A stretch of DNA of 64,000 nucleotides, taken from positions 740,575 through 804,574 of the forward strand of contig JAZJZY010000002.1 of the NCBI GenBank assembly GCA_040389405.1. The letters are read 5' to 3'. The notes beneath the pieces are model-generated. The model was given only the letters and a program-made list of their open reading frames with translations, had not been told where the DNA came from and did no database searches. How positions within the stretch are numbered: the stretch's first letter is position 1; each line of letters starts with the position of its first letter. The stretch comes from Pseudomonadota bacterium. Lineage in GTDB: Bacteria > Pseudomonadota > Alphaproteobacteria > Micropepsales > Micropepsaceae. The position numbers were made by a program, and so were the translations under genes. Of the stretch, positions 20,631-29,586 are shown in pieces.

Positions 20631-21062
20631 CTAAGCGGATCTCAAAGAGTGTTTGCGGAGATGGCGGACTAATGCCATTTCGTCCATCCGGGTCTGTGCC
20701 CGGCGGGTTTCGATTTCGGCAAGGCGCTTGGCCTGCTGCTCGTTGGCGAATTCCAGCGCCTTCAGATCCTGAAAGGCATTTTGGAGGTCGAGCTGGGCGG
20801 ATGCGTGCTCGCGCTCGATTTCCTTCAAGGTGTGGCGCAGATTTTCGCGGCGCGCATCGATGGAGCGCAGGAAAGAGGGGAACGCCAGGCGGCCGATATC
20901 GGAATCGCCGGCCCGCTGTTTTTCACGCGCGACATTGTCGTCGAGATCGGCAAGCTTGCGCTCCAGGTCGGTGCGCATGGCGTCGATGGCCGCGATACGC
21001 CGTTTCATTTCGTCGACACGAAAGCGCTTCAAGCGCAGCAGGGTATCGGTCCGATTCATCAC
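20631..21062 (-). CDS. fliJ: flagellar export chaperone-like protein FliJ
   Basis: About 140-aa all-coiled-coil protein (LLRLKRFRVDEMKRRIAAID...); ATGA overlap with the fliI stop. Confidence 0.8.
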   Translation of the reverse strand: MMNRTDTLLRLKRFRVDEMKRRIAAIDAMRTDLERKLADLDDNVAREKQRAGDSDIGRLAFPSFLRSIDARRENLRHTLKEIEREHASAQLDLQNAFQDLKALEFANEQQAKRLAEIETRRAQTRMDEMALVRHLRKHSLRSA

Positions 21063-22393
21063 GCCCTCCCATTCCCTGCGCCGTCGAGAATGTCAGACAG
21101 CGCCGTATAAGATTCGCTTAAACCCGCCTGCTCGTCCTTTTTCTGTTCCAAAAAGGCTTCGAGACGCGGATGAAGCATCACGGCGTTATCTACTTCAGGA
21201 TTTGTGCCAGTCTTGTAGGCCCCCAGGCGTATCAATTCGGCCATGTCTTCATAGATCGTCATGGGGCCGCGGGCGCGAAAAACCAGGTTTTGCTCGGTTT
21301 CCGTGTTGCAGCCGGGCATGGAACGGCTGACCGATTTCAGGACATTAATGGCAGGAAAGCGTCCGCGTTCCGCAATGGCACGGTCCAGCACGATATGGCC
21401 GTCCAGGATGCCGCGCACCGCATCGGAAACCGGTTCGTTGTGATCGTCGCCTTCCACCAGCACGGTGAAGAGACCGGTGATCGACCCGGCGGCGTTTTGC
21501 GGGGCGGGACCAGCGCGTTCCAATAGCCGCGGCAGTTCGGCGAAGACGGTGGGCGTGTATCCCTTGGAGGCGGGCGGCTCGCCGGCGGACAGGCCGATCT
21601 CGCGCTGGGCCATGGCGAAGCGGGTCACTGAATCCATCAACAGCAATACGTTCAGGCCTTGGTCGCGCAGTTGCTCGGCCACCGTCATCGCCACATAAGC
21701 GGCCTGGCGGCGGACCAGCGGCGCTTCATCGGACGTGGCGGCGACCACGACGCTGCGCGCCAAACCTTCGGGACCCAGATCGTCTTCGATGAATTCCTTC
21801 ACTTCGCGCCCACGTTCACCGATCAGACCGATAACGATGGCGTCGGCATTGGAGTTGCGCGCCATCATCGCCAGCAAGGTCGATTTGCCCACGCCGGACC
21901 CGGCGAAGATGCCCATGCGCTGGCCCTGGCAGCAGGTGGCAAACGCATTGAGCGCGCGAATGCCCAGATCCAGTTTGGCGCCGACGCGTCCGCGCGCGGT
22001 GGCCAGAGGCGGCGCCGCTTTCAGCGGATAGGCAATCGGCCCTTGTGGCAGCGGTCCGGCGTCATCGATGGGCTCGCCGAAACCGTTCAAGACCCGGCCC
22101 AGCCAGCTCTTGGACGGATAGATGCAGGCGGGCTTATTTTCGAAATCCGCGCGGGCGCCCAAGGCGATTCCATCCAGCGGCCCCAGCGGCATGACCAGCG
22201 CCCGGCCATCGCGAAAGCCGACCACTTCGCACGATATTTTCTTGTTATTTCCTATACTTAGGCGGACTTGCCCGCCCAAGGTCACGGCGCCCACCGCGCC
22301 CGTGACTTCCACGCCCAGGCCTTCGATCCGTGCCACCCGGCCGAACCGCGTCAGGGTGGGAAGACCCTCGATTTCCTTAAGCAACGCGCGCAT
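21059..22393 (-). CDS. fliI: flagellum-specific ATPase FliI
   Basis: Walker A GSGVGKSTLL and Walker B LLLMDSVTRFA; F1/T3SS ATPase family. Confidence 0.96.
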   Translation of the reverse strand: MRALLKEIEGLPTLTRFGRVARIEGLGVEVTGAVGAVTLGGQVRLSIGNNKKISCEVVGFRDGRALVMPLGPLDGIALGARADFENKPACIYPSKSWLGRVLNGFGEPIDDAGPLPQGPIAYPLKAAPPLATARGRVGAKLDLGIRALNAFATCCQGQRMGIFAGSGVGKSTLLAMMARNSNADAIVIGLIGERGREVKEFIEDDLGPEGLARSVVVAATSDEAPLVRRQAAYVAMTVAEQLRDQGLNVLLLMDSVTRFAMAQREIGLSAGEPPASKGYTPTVFAELPRLLERAGPAPQNAAGSITGLFTVLVEGDDHNEPVSDAVRGILDGHIVLDRAIAERGRFPAINVLKSVSRSMPGCNTETEQNLVFRARGPMTIYEDMAELIRLGAYKTGTNPEVDNAVMLHPRLEAFLEQKKDEQAGLSESYTALSDILDGAGNGRA

Positions 22394-22568
22394 CGGAGTC
22401 CTTTTTCGGCCGCTTTTTGCGGCTCAGATGCCTGCATTTTGCAGCGAAAAATTTAAGCGGCGGTAAACTTAACAAATCGAATCAAGGCATTATCGGGGAA
22501 TTGTCGATAATGGTCCTTAATCTCAGATTTCTGGGGACTGAAAGGCAAACCGGGCGTTAAAGGCGCTG

Positions 22569-22576
22569 TTAACCAT
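22569..22576 (+). promoter_or_regulatory. CtrA 8-mer site TTAACCAT upstream of ctrA
   Basis: Exact TTAACCAT 79 nt upstream of the ctrA ATG. A further TTAAC at 22611-22615. GANTC sites at 22479-22483, 22627-22631 and 22636-22640. Confidence 0.5.
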
Positions 22577-22654
22577 TTGCGCTTACCCTCCGGCAACCGT
22601 TTAACCGTGCCGGCAGGGGCCGGACTGATTCATGGGACTCAAGAGGGGCCTTAC

Positions 22655-23362
22655 ATGCGCGTACTGCTGATAGAAGATGACAGCGCCATGGCGCGCAGCA
22701 TCGAACTGATGCTGCGGAGCGAGGGATTGAATGTTTACACCACCGATCTCGGGGAAGAAGGGATCGATCTGGGTAAATTATATGATTACGACATCATCGT
22801 ATTGGACCTGCAGCTGCCCGACATGTCGGGTTTCGAGGTCCTGAAGGCTCTGCGCGTCGCCAAGGTGCAGACCCCCGTTCTGATCCTGTCCGGCAACGCC
22901 ATTGTCGAAGCCAAGGTTAAGGCTTTGGGCTTCGGCGCTGACGACTATATGACCAAGCCCTTCCACAAGGACGAGCTGGTCGCCCGCATCCAAGCGGTGG
23001 TCCGCCGTTCCAAGGGCCACAGCCAGTCGGTCATCACCACCGGTAAGCTTACCGTCAATCTCGACGCCAAGACCGTCGAAGTGGACGGCCAGCGCGTGCA
23101 CCTGACCGGCAAGGAATATCAGATGCTGGAGCTGCTTTCCCTGCGCAAGGGCACCACCCTGACCAAGGAAATGTTCCTCAACCATCTCTATGGCGGGATG
23201 GACGAGCCGGAGCTCAAGATCATCGACGTCTTCATCTGCAAGCTGCGCAAGAAACTGGCAGCGGCGATCGACGGCGACAATTATATCGAGACCGTGTGGG
23301 GCCGCGGCTATGTGCTGCGCGATCCGCAGGATAGTGGCGGCGAACAGGCCGCCGTCGCGTAA
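22655..23362 (+). CDS. ctrA: cell-cycle master response regulator CtrA
   Basis: [59 protein letters not shown]... and an OmpR-type C-terminus ([52 protein letters not shown]). AAGAGGGG RBS before ATG 22655. Confidence 0.93.
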   Translation: MRVLLIEDDSAMARSIELMLRSEGLNVYTTDLGEEGIDLGKLYDYDIIVLDLQLPDMSGFEVLKALRVAKVQTPVLILSGNAIVEAKVKALGFGADDYMTKPFHKDELVARIQAVVRRSKGHSQSVITTGKLTVNLDAKTVEVDGQRVHLTGKEYQMLELLSLRKGTTLTKEMFLNHLYGGMDEPELKIIDVFICKLRKKLAAAIDGDNYIETVWGRGYVLRDPQDSGGEQAAVA

Positions 23363-23383
23363 TTACTTTCTCGATTGTGTTTG

Positions 23384-23414
23384 AAAAGGGCGCCGTTACC
23401 GGCGCCCTTTTTTA
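23384..23414. terminator. bidirectional rho-independent terminator
   Basis: AAAA-GGGCGCCG-TTAC-CGGCGCCC-TTTTTT between the convergent ctrA and the paraoxonase-like gene. Confidence 0.85.
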
Positions 23415-23432
23415 TTGGTCGCGCTTGCGGAT

Positions 23433-24515
23433 CTAGTTCGGCCGGCATTCCAGGATTTTGTCGTCCAGTACCGAGCCGATCAGAAGCCGCTTGCCCACCA
23501 TCGCCGCCACGCTGGAGGCGCCGATCAACCGGCCCGTATCCGCGAAAATCGTTTCGTAACCCGTGGGCACGCCGTCCTTGTCCAGGGTGACGCGAAAAAC
23601 CTCCGACGGAGATGGCTTGGCGGGATCAGCTCGAAAGCTATTGTCCGACAACAAGCTGGGATGGCCGGCGACGATCAGGCGGCCCTCGGCATCGGCGGAA
23701 ATATTGTCCAGCCGCGCCGGAATGGAGAGCGAGCCGATCTCCTTCAGGCTGCCGAAATAAGGCTCGCGCGAGAAGGCGACAATCCGGCGCTCATTGGTGA
23801 GTGTGACATAGAGATGTTCGCCATCGGGGGCGACATAGACGCCGTTGGGGAACGCCATGCGCTCCACCGAGATGCGAAAGCTTGTGCCATTGAAGAAGAG
23901 CAGATCGGCATGCGGCCAGATCAGATAATTCTCGGCAAAGCGGCCCAGCCCGGTCTTTGTGGCATGATCGTTGGTGACATAGAAACGATCCGGGGCCACC
24001 GCAAAGAGGTCGTTGGGACTGACCAACAGGCCGCCGGCAATGCTGGCATGCGGTGCCAGCTTCGCGGCGCCGTTTTCATATGTCAGACCGAATATCTCGA
24101 CGGCATGGGTGCCGTTGCTGTGGTGATTGATCGCCATCAGGGTTTCGTCGCCATTGGGCGCGCGATACAGGCTGATGCCATGCGGATGAAAATCCTTGGG
24201 CACACCATCGGTCAGCTTGACGGGCGCCGCATGCCGATCATTCAGCTTCAGAACGTAAAGACCGTCGCGCGGATCGGGCGCGTCCTTGGGCGCTCGCCGG
24301 TTGGTGGACGAGACGATGATCGCATCATGCGCGGCATCGATCTCGAAATCCTCGGGCCCCTGAAGCCGTGCAATGGGCTGGCAGATATTGGGCGAAAGCG
24401 GGGTGACGCTGGTGAAGACACCAGCCGCCGTCAGCCAGCGGATGACGAAGAACGCCACCACGACCAACAGCACCACCAGCCAGGTCATGCCCGACCGCGC
24501 CCAGGATCGCCTCAT
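23433..24515 (-). CDS. membrane-anchored SMP-30/gluconolactonase/paraoxonase-like beta-propeller protein
   Basis: N-terminal TM anchor, then repeated propeller-like segments (PEDFEID, HPHGISLY, FPNGVYVAPDG, arylesterase-like). Family-level call only. Confidence 0.6.
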   Translation of the reverse strand: MRRSWARSGMTWLVVLLVVVAFFVIRWLTAAGVFTSVTPLSPNICQPIARLQGPEDFEIDAAHDAIIVSSTNRRAPKDAPDPRDGLYVLKLNDRHAAPVKLTDGVPKDFHPHGISLYRAPNGDETLMAINHHSNGTHAVEIFGLTYENGAAKLAPHASIAGGLLVSPNDLFAVAPDRFYVTNDHATKTGLGRFAENYLIWPHADLLFFNGTSFRISVERMAFPNGVYVAPDGEHLYVTLTNERRIVAFSREPYFGSLKEIGSLSIPARLDNISADAEGRLIVAGHPSLLSDNSFRADPAKPSPSEVFRVTLDKDGVPTGYETIFADTGRLIGASSVAAMVGKRLLIGSVLDDKILECRPN

Positions 24516-26323
24516 TGCGCCGCCTCGACAATCGGACCATGACCGAATTGCAAATCTGCGAGGCGCGCATAAAGCCCGCCCTGGCGCACCAGATCGGCAT
24601 GGCTGCCCTCGCCCACCACCTGGCCCTGCTCCATCACCACGATCCGTTTCAGCTTCTGAATGGTGGCCAGGCGATGCGCGATCACGATGGTGGTGCGGCC
24701 CACCATCAGATTGGCGAGCCCTTGCTGCACCAGCAATTCATTCTCCGCGTCCAAGGCGCTGGTCGCCTCGTCCAGCAGCAGCAGCGGCGCATCGCGCAGG
24801 ATGGCGCGGGCGATCGCGATGCGCTGGCGCTGGCCGCCCGATAACGTGACGCCACGTTCGCCCACGATGGTGTCGAAGCCATTGGGCAGCCGCTCGATGA
24901 ATTCCGAGGCCGCGGCCGCATCGGCGGCGCGCTTCACATCCTCGCGGCTGGCGCCTTCGCGGCCATAGGCGATGTTGGTGGCGATACTGCCCGAGAAGAT
25001 CACCGGGTCCTGCGCCACCACCGAAATCGCCCCGCGCAACGCCACGGGATCCAGATCGGCGATGTCGATGCCATCGAACCGGACCATGCCCTGCTGCGCC
25101 TCGAAGAAACGCAGCATCAGCTGGAACACGGTGGATTTTCCCGCGCCCGAAGGCCCGACCAGGGCCACCGCTTCGCCCGGCGCGATGGCGAGCGAGAAAT
25201 CATGCAAGGCCGCGCTGTCCGGACGGGTAGGATAATGGAAGGTGACATGCTCGAAACTGACACCGCCTTGCGCGCGTGCCGGCAGCGGCACGGGATGCGC
25301 GGGCGCCGTGATGGCGGGCTTTTCATGCAGCAATTCCATCAACCGCTCGGACGCACCCGCGGCGCGCTGCAGATCGCCCCAGGTCTCGGACAGAGCACCG
25401 ACTCCGCCGCCCACCAGCACGCCATACATGATGAACTGCAACAGCAGGCCGCCGGTCATGCGGCCGGCGATCATGTCCTCAAGACCGACCAGGCCCACGG
25501 TGGCCAGGCTGGTGAATGCGGTGAAGATCGCCACCGCCGTCAGAACGGCCCGTGCAAAGGTGCGGCTGCGGGCGAATGCGAAGGCGCGCTCCACCGTGCC
25601 CGCAAATTCGCCGCGCTCGTATTCTTCATGCGTGAAGGCCTGGACGGTTGAGACGGCGTTCAGGATTTCGCCGCCCCGCGCGGACGTCTCGGCGATGGAG
25701 TCCTGACTTTTGCGCGACAGGGTCCTGACCCAGCGGCCGAACAACAGGATCGGGACCATCACCAGCACCACCGCGCCTACCACCAGCAGCGCAAGCTTCA
25801 AGCTGGTGACGAACATGAGGATCAGGCCGCCGGTCAAGGTCACCAGGGTGCGCAGCGCCACCGATACCGAGGATCCCACAACGGTCTGGACCAGGGTGGT
25901 GTCGGCGGTCAGCCGTGACAGGACTTCGCCCGTGCGCGTGACTTCAAAGAAAGCGGGCGTCAGGCCCAGCACATTGTCGAACACGGCCTTGCGGACATCG
26001 GCCACCACCCGTTCGCCCAGCCAGGTGACGAAATAAAAGCGCGTTGCTGAAGCCAGGCCGAGAACACCGGCGGCGATGACGAACAGGAAATAATAATGGC
26101 TGAGGCTCTCGGCCTGGCTGACGGACAGATTGTGATCGATCAGCCCTCGCGCCAGGGCGGGCAGCACCAGGGTGGCGGCCGAGGAGCAGATAAGGGCCAC
26201 CATCGCAATGGCGATCCGGCCGCGATAGGGCTTGAGAAAGGGCAATATCCGCCGCAACGGGGCAAGCGACCGGGAAGCGGGTCTTCCCGACAAGCGTCCC
26301 TGTTCCTCGTCGCCTCGGGCCAT
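24512..26323 (-). CDS. ABC exporter, fused permease/ATPase (ABCB/MsbA/Atm1-like)
   Basis: Six-TM exporter domain plus NBD with GPSGAGKST, LSGGQRQRIAIARA and LLLLDEATSALD. Confidence 0.9.
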   Translation of the reverse strand: MARGDEEQGRLSGRPASRSLAPLRRILPFLKPYRGRIAIAMVALICSSAATLVLPALARGLIDHNLSVSQAESLSHYYFLFVIAAGVLGLASATRFYFVTWLGERVVADVRKAVFDNVLGLTPAFFEVTRTGEVLSRLTADTTLVQTVVGSSVSVALRTLVTLTGGLILMFVTSLKLALLVVGAVVLVMVPILLFGRWVRTLSRKSQDSIAETSARGGEILNAVSTVQAFTHEEYERGEFAGTVERAFAFARSRTFARAVLTAVAIFTAFTSLATVGLVGLEDMIAGRMTGGLLLQFIMYGVLVGGGVGALSETWGDLQRAAGASERLMELLHEKPAITAPAHPVPLPARAQGGVSFEHVTFHYPTRPDSAALHDFSLAIAPGEAVALVGPSGAGKSTVFQLMLRFFEAQQGMVRFDGIDIADLDPVALRGAISVVAQDPVIFSGSIATNIAYGREGASREDVKRAADAAAASEFIERLPNGFDTIVGERGVTLSGGQRQRIAIARAILRDAPLLLLDEATSALDAENELLVQQGLANLMVGRTTIVIAHRLATIQKLKRIVVMEQGQVVGEGSHADLVRQGGLYARLADLQFGHGPIVEAAQ

Positions 26324-26400
26324 CTACCTGATCTTTTAAAGGTTCCCAGGGCTTATATAGAGACGAATACCCTTGAACAAAGAGCGGGTTGCCACAGCGC

Positions 26401-26429
26401 TTGCCAGAACAAGGCCTTTTGCCTATAAG
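26401..26429 (+). promoter_or_regulatory. sigma70-like promoter of rpmE
   Basis: TTGCCA-N17-TATAAG about 35 nt upstream of the rpmE ATG. Confidence 0.45.
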
Positions 26430-26462
26430 CCCCCGCTTCTGCACTGAAAAAAGGCCGTTCCC

Positions 26463-26693
26463 ATGAAAAAGGGTATTCACCCCGCCTATCATTTCGTTGA
26501 CATCCAGCTCAACGACGGCACGACCTATAAGACCCGCACCACCCATGGTGAGCCGGGCCAGAAGATCACGCTCGACATCGACCCCTCGACCCATCCCGCC
26601 TGGACCGGCGGTCAGCAGCAGCTGATGGATCGCGGCGGCCGCCTGACGCGCTTCAACAAGAAGTTCGCTGGATTCGTGAAGCCCGCTTCGTGA
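26463..26693 (+). CDS. rpmE: 50S ribosomal protein L31 (Cys-less type)
   Basis: [27 protein letters not shown]...[26 protein letters not shown]. Confidence 0.95.
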   Translation: MKKGIHPAYHFVDIQLNDGTTYKTRTTHGEPGQKITLDIDPSTHPAWTGGQQQLMDRGGRLTRFNKKFAGFVKPAS

Positions 26694-26721
26694 AGTAAGT
26701 CGTCGCGTACAGCCAGATTTG

Positions 26722-26752
26722 AAAAAGGCGGCCCGATCGGCCGCCTTTTTTG
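26722..26752 (+). terminator. rho-independent terminator after rpmE
   Basis: AGGCGGCC-CGATC-GGCCGCCT followed by TTTTTT. Confidence 0.85.
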
Positions 26753-26879
26753 TTTGAGTATTTGTGTTTGTAGCCGTGCCCTTCGCTCGAGCTCAGGGCG
26801 CTCGCCATTCGAAATGGTTCACTGAACCGTCCATACGCTGATGCTATAGACCGTTCGCCCTGCGGCGAAACATGGCTCT

Positions 26880-27392
26880 CTACTCGGCGCCGAAGACTTG
26901 CTCCAGGCGATTCCATTGCAGATGCGCGCCGGGCACCGCGTTGCGATCACGGCCGAACAGCACATCGTCAAGACGCGCGATGCGGCGGTAAAGGCTTTCG
27001 CTGCGGACCAGAAGATCGCGCAGCGCCGCCGGCAACAAATCTTCCGTATTTTCAGTGGCCGCACCCAGGCAGATCTCTTTCGAGCCCAACCGATAACGGC
27101 CGGACGACGCCTGATCCGGCTCCATGTCGCCGTCATGCACCGCGCGCTGCACCAGCAGCCAGCTTGCCGCCTGCATCATGCGGGTGGTGACGCGCATGCT
27201 CTCACCGGCATAAAGAATTGCACCCTTGCGCGACAGGCTGCGGGCTTCGTCACGGCCGGGACCATCGAGATAGCGGGCGGTTTCTTCGACCAGCGCCATG
27301 CCTTCATCGAACGTGCGCACGAACAAGGCCGAGCCGGTGAAGGAGCGTGGTGGCGGCAAGCTCCGCACATTCTCGACGTCGTTATGCAGCAT
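26880..27392 (-). CDS. rcdA: DUF1465 protein, regulator of CtrA degradation RcdA-like
   Basis: FTGSALFVRTFDEGMALVEETARYLDGPGR...ESMRVTTRMMQAASWLLVQRAV matches my recollection of RcdA/DUF1465; about 170 aa. Confidence 0.75.
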   Translation of the reverse strand: MLHNDVENVRSLPPPRSFTGSALFVRTFDEGMALVEETARYLDGPGRDEARSLSRKGAILYAGESMRVTTRMMQAASWLLVQRAVHDGDMEPDQASSGRYRLGSKEICLGAATENTEDLLPAALRDLLVRSESLYRRIARLDDVLFGRDRNAVPGAHLQWNRLEQVFGAE

Positions 27393-27510
27393 TGGTTCCC
27401 CAGATTCCCGACCGCACGGACGCTACCAAGCCATTAGAGCCGCGCAAAGCATTACTGTTGGTAAACCGCATGAATTCTTTTTCCTGCCCAATTCGTGATG
27501 TGCATATTAA

Positions 27511-27708
27511 CTACGGTTGACGCTTGAAGAAATTTTCCGCCGCCGACTTGGTGGCGCGGCGCGCTTCGATCGCTGCTTTGCAGCGTGCGATCTCTTCTTC
27601 AAGACGCGCGATGCGGGCCTCCAATTCATGTGCCGATTGCGCGGAAATATCCTCGCCCAGTTGAATCTGGGGCGGCTTCTTGCGGGGCGCGAGATCGTCG
27701 ATGTCCAT
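27511..27708 (-). CDS. DUF1192 family small coiled-coil protein
   Basis: MDIDDLAPRKKPPQIQLGEDISAQSAHELEARIARLEEEIARCKAAIEARR...; ATG 27708 preferred over the ORF-track 27771. Confidence 0.7.
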   Translation of the reverse strand: MDIDDLAPRKKPPQIQLGEDISAQSAHELEARIARLEEEIARCKAAIEARRATKSAAENFFKRQP

Positions 27709-27779
27709 CGCCACTTCCTTGGCGTTAACGGTTCCGCCCGCTAGTGTGCGAGCGCACACTCCCACTGGCAAGTTCGCAG

Positions 27780-28760
27780 ATGAAAGCCATCGTCCTGAAG
27801 GATGCCGGACCGAATTACCGGCTGGAACTCGCCGAAATCCCCACGCCCCTGCCCGGCAAGGGTGAAATTCTCATCAAGGTCGCGGCAGCCGGTGTTAACC
27901 GCGCCGATCTTCTTCAGGCACGCGGCGCCTATCCGCCGCCGCCCGGCGCGCCGGAAACGCTGGGCATGGAAGTGTCTGGTTATGTTGCCGCTGTCGGCGC
28001 GGGTGCCGGTCCTTACCGGACGGGCGATGCGGTCTGCGCGCTTCTGGGCGGCGGCGGATATGCCGAATATGCACTGGCACAGATCGAATGCGTGTTGCCG
28101 CTGCCTTCGTCTCTCGATCCGGTCGATGCGGCCGCCCTGCCCGAAGCGCTGTTCACGGCCTGGACCAATATCGTCGATACGGGCCGTCTCAAATCCGGCG
28201 AAACGCTTCTGGTGCACGGCGGCACAAGCGGTATCGGTGTCGCCGCGATCCAGATGTTTTCCGCATTGGACCATGACGTCTACGCGACCGCCGGCAGCGA
28301 CGAGAAATGCCGCTTGTGCGAGCAACTCGGCGCCAGGCGAGCGATCAACTATCGCAACCAGGACTTCGTCACGGTCACGCAAGCGGCAACAGACGGCAAA
28401 GGCATCGATGTCATTCTCGACATGGTGGGCGGCGACTATGTCCAGCGCAACATGACGGCGGCGGCAGTGTGGGGCCGCATCGTCAACATTGCCTATCAGA
28501 GCGGTGCGAAGATGCCGCTGGATCTCAGCCCCATGCTGCGCAAGCGCCTGACCTTGGCGGCAACCACGCTGCGCGGCCGCACGCTTTCCGAAAAAGGCGC
28601 GATCCGCGATGCCTTGGCGGAAAGGATCTGGCCGCTGGTGGCAACGGACCGCATACGCCCCGTGGTGGACAATCGTTTTGCTTTGAGCGAAGCGCAGATC
28701 GCGCACCAGCGCATGGCATCGGGCGATCATGCGGGAAAGATCTTGCTGATACCGGACTGA
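27780..28760 (+). CDS. NAD(P)H:quinone oxidoreductase (MDR superfamily)
   Basis: MKAIVLKDAGPNYRLELAEIPTPLPGKGEILIKVAAAGVNRADL; Rossmann motif VHGGTSGIGVAA. Confidence 0.88.
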   Translation: MKAIVLKDAGPNYRLELAEIPTPLPGKGEILIKVAAAGVNRADLLQARGAYPPPPGAPETLGMEVSGYVAAVGAGAGPYRTGDAVCALLGGGGYAEYALAQIECVLPLPSSLDPVDAAALPEALFTAWTNIVDTGRLKSGETLLVHGGTSGIGVAAIQMFSALDHDVYATAGSDEKCRLCEQLGARRAINYRNQDFVTVTQAATDGKGIDVILDMVGGDYVQRNMTAAAVWGRIVNIAYQSGAKMPLDLSPMLRKRLTLAATTLRGRTLSEKGAIRDALAERIWPLVATDRIRPVVDNRFALSEAQIAHQRMASGDHAGKILLIPD

Positions 28761-28771
28761 CTTGCTCTGTC

Positions 28772-28815
28772 GCGCAATCTTCCGAAAAACCGCTGCACAC
28801 TTTTCCGGATTGCGC
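28772..28815. repeat. CCGGAAAA...TTTTCCGG family hairpin between convergent genes
   Basis: GCGCAATCTTCCGAAAAA-CCGCTGCACA-CTTTTCCGGATTGCGC. Confidence 0.7.
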
Positions 28816-28816
28816 T

Positions 28817-29191
28817 TTACCGAGCCGGGTCGGGCAAGACGAAGCCGCGCCGCGCGGCATCGCCGTTCAGTTTCTCGGGCTTGTACCAGCGGACCAATAG
28901 CGCCTTGTCCATCAGGTCGGGATTGGCTTCGGCAAATTCCTTGAACCTGGGATACCGCCGGACTTCCATGCGCTCCGCGATCACCGCCAAGAAGGCCAGC
29001 GTGATCGTCTGGTGAAAGGCTTCGGGTTTTCCAATCCGTGCGGTCATGATTTTCAGAACGCGGCAATAGGCCGACGCGGCTTCCAGAAAATCGTGACGCG
29101 TCAGAAGCTCGTAACCCGCCCGCACATGGTCGGCATGGCGAAAATCCTGCGGCGCAATTTCTCCCGCCAGGAAGCGCTCAAGAAACGCCAT
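28817..29191 (-). CDS. conserved hypothetical all-helical protein
   Basis: 124-aa ORF, 14-nt overlap with the upstream RHH gene, coding-like GC3; no family recognised. Confidence 0.6.
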   Translation of the reverse strand: MAFLERFLAGEIAPQDFRHADHVRAGYELLTRHDFLEAASAYCRVLKIMTARIGKPEAFHQTITLAFLAVIAERMEVRRYPRFKEFAEANPDLMDKALLVRWYKPEKLNGDAARRGFVLPDPAR

Positions 29192-29432
29192 CGGCTTCCG
29201 CCAGACGGTGGGAATCGGCGGCCGTCAACGTCAGGCCATAGACCTGCTTCAGCAATGTGATCCGCTGCTGCGTCTTTTCCCCAAACGGCGCTTTGCCCTC
29301 GAAGGCGTGCAGCACAATGCCTTCCAGCAAGTCGCCCAGGGACAGGTCCAGGGATTCCGCCAGGGCCTTCAAAACCTTCAGGGTCCGGCGCTCCAGGCGT
29401 ACGCCGGTCTGGACGCGTTCAATGGTTTCCAT
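29178..29432 (-). CDS. ribbon-helix-helix-like small DNA-binding protein
   Basis: METIERVQTGVRLERRTLKVLKALAESLDLSLGDLLEGIVLHAF has a beta-strand plus two-helix pattern typical of RHH/CopG. Start uncertain because no SD is present. Confidence 0.55.
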   Translation of the reverse strand: METIERVQTGVRLERRTLKVLKALAESLDLSLGDLLEGIVLHAFEGKAPFGEKTQQRITLLKQVYGLTLTAADSHRLAEADGVS

Positions 29433-29438
29433 GTTATT

Positions 29439-29456
29439 TTGGTACATATATACCAA
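29439..29456. promoter_or_regulatory. AT-rich inverted repeat (candidate operator)
   Basis: TTGGTA-CATATA-TACCAA 7 nt upstream of the RHH gene start, inside the only strongly AT-rich patch of the divergent RHH/trcR spacer. Confidence 0.45.
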
Positions 29457-29586
29457 TAACCAGTCAAGACAATTTTCTGTCCAAACCACGGTCTTTCGGC
29501 TAGAAAACCCGTCTTCCTCGACATGAAATCATCGAGCGAAGGGACGGGCTGGAAAGGCCCGCCCTGGACCGAAAGGATATTTTGCC

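Noticed and set aside
22557-22572. TTAA-AGGCGCTG-TTAA upstream of ctrA, considered as a full CtrA box.
   Set aside because: The spacer is 8 nt, not 7. Only the downstream half (TTAACCAT) is counted.
26753-26879. Sequence GCCGTGCCCTTCGCTCGAGCTCAGGGCGCTCGCC... after rpmE, reminiscent of a widespread alphaproteobacterial intergenic repeat.
   Set aside because: There is a single degenerate copy in the window, so I cannot support it as a repeat from this sequence alone.
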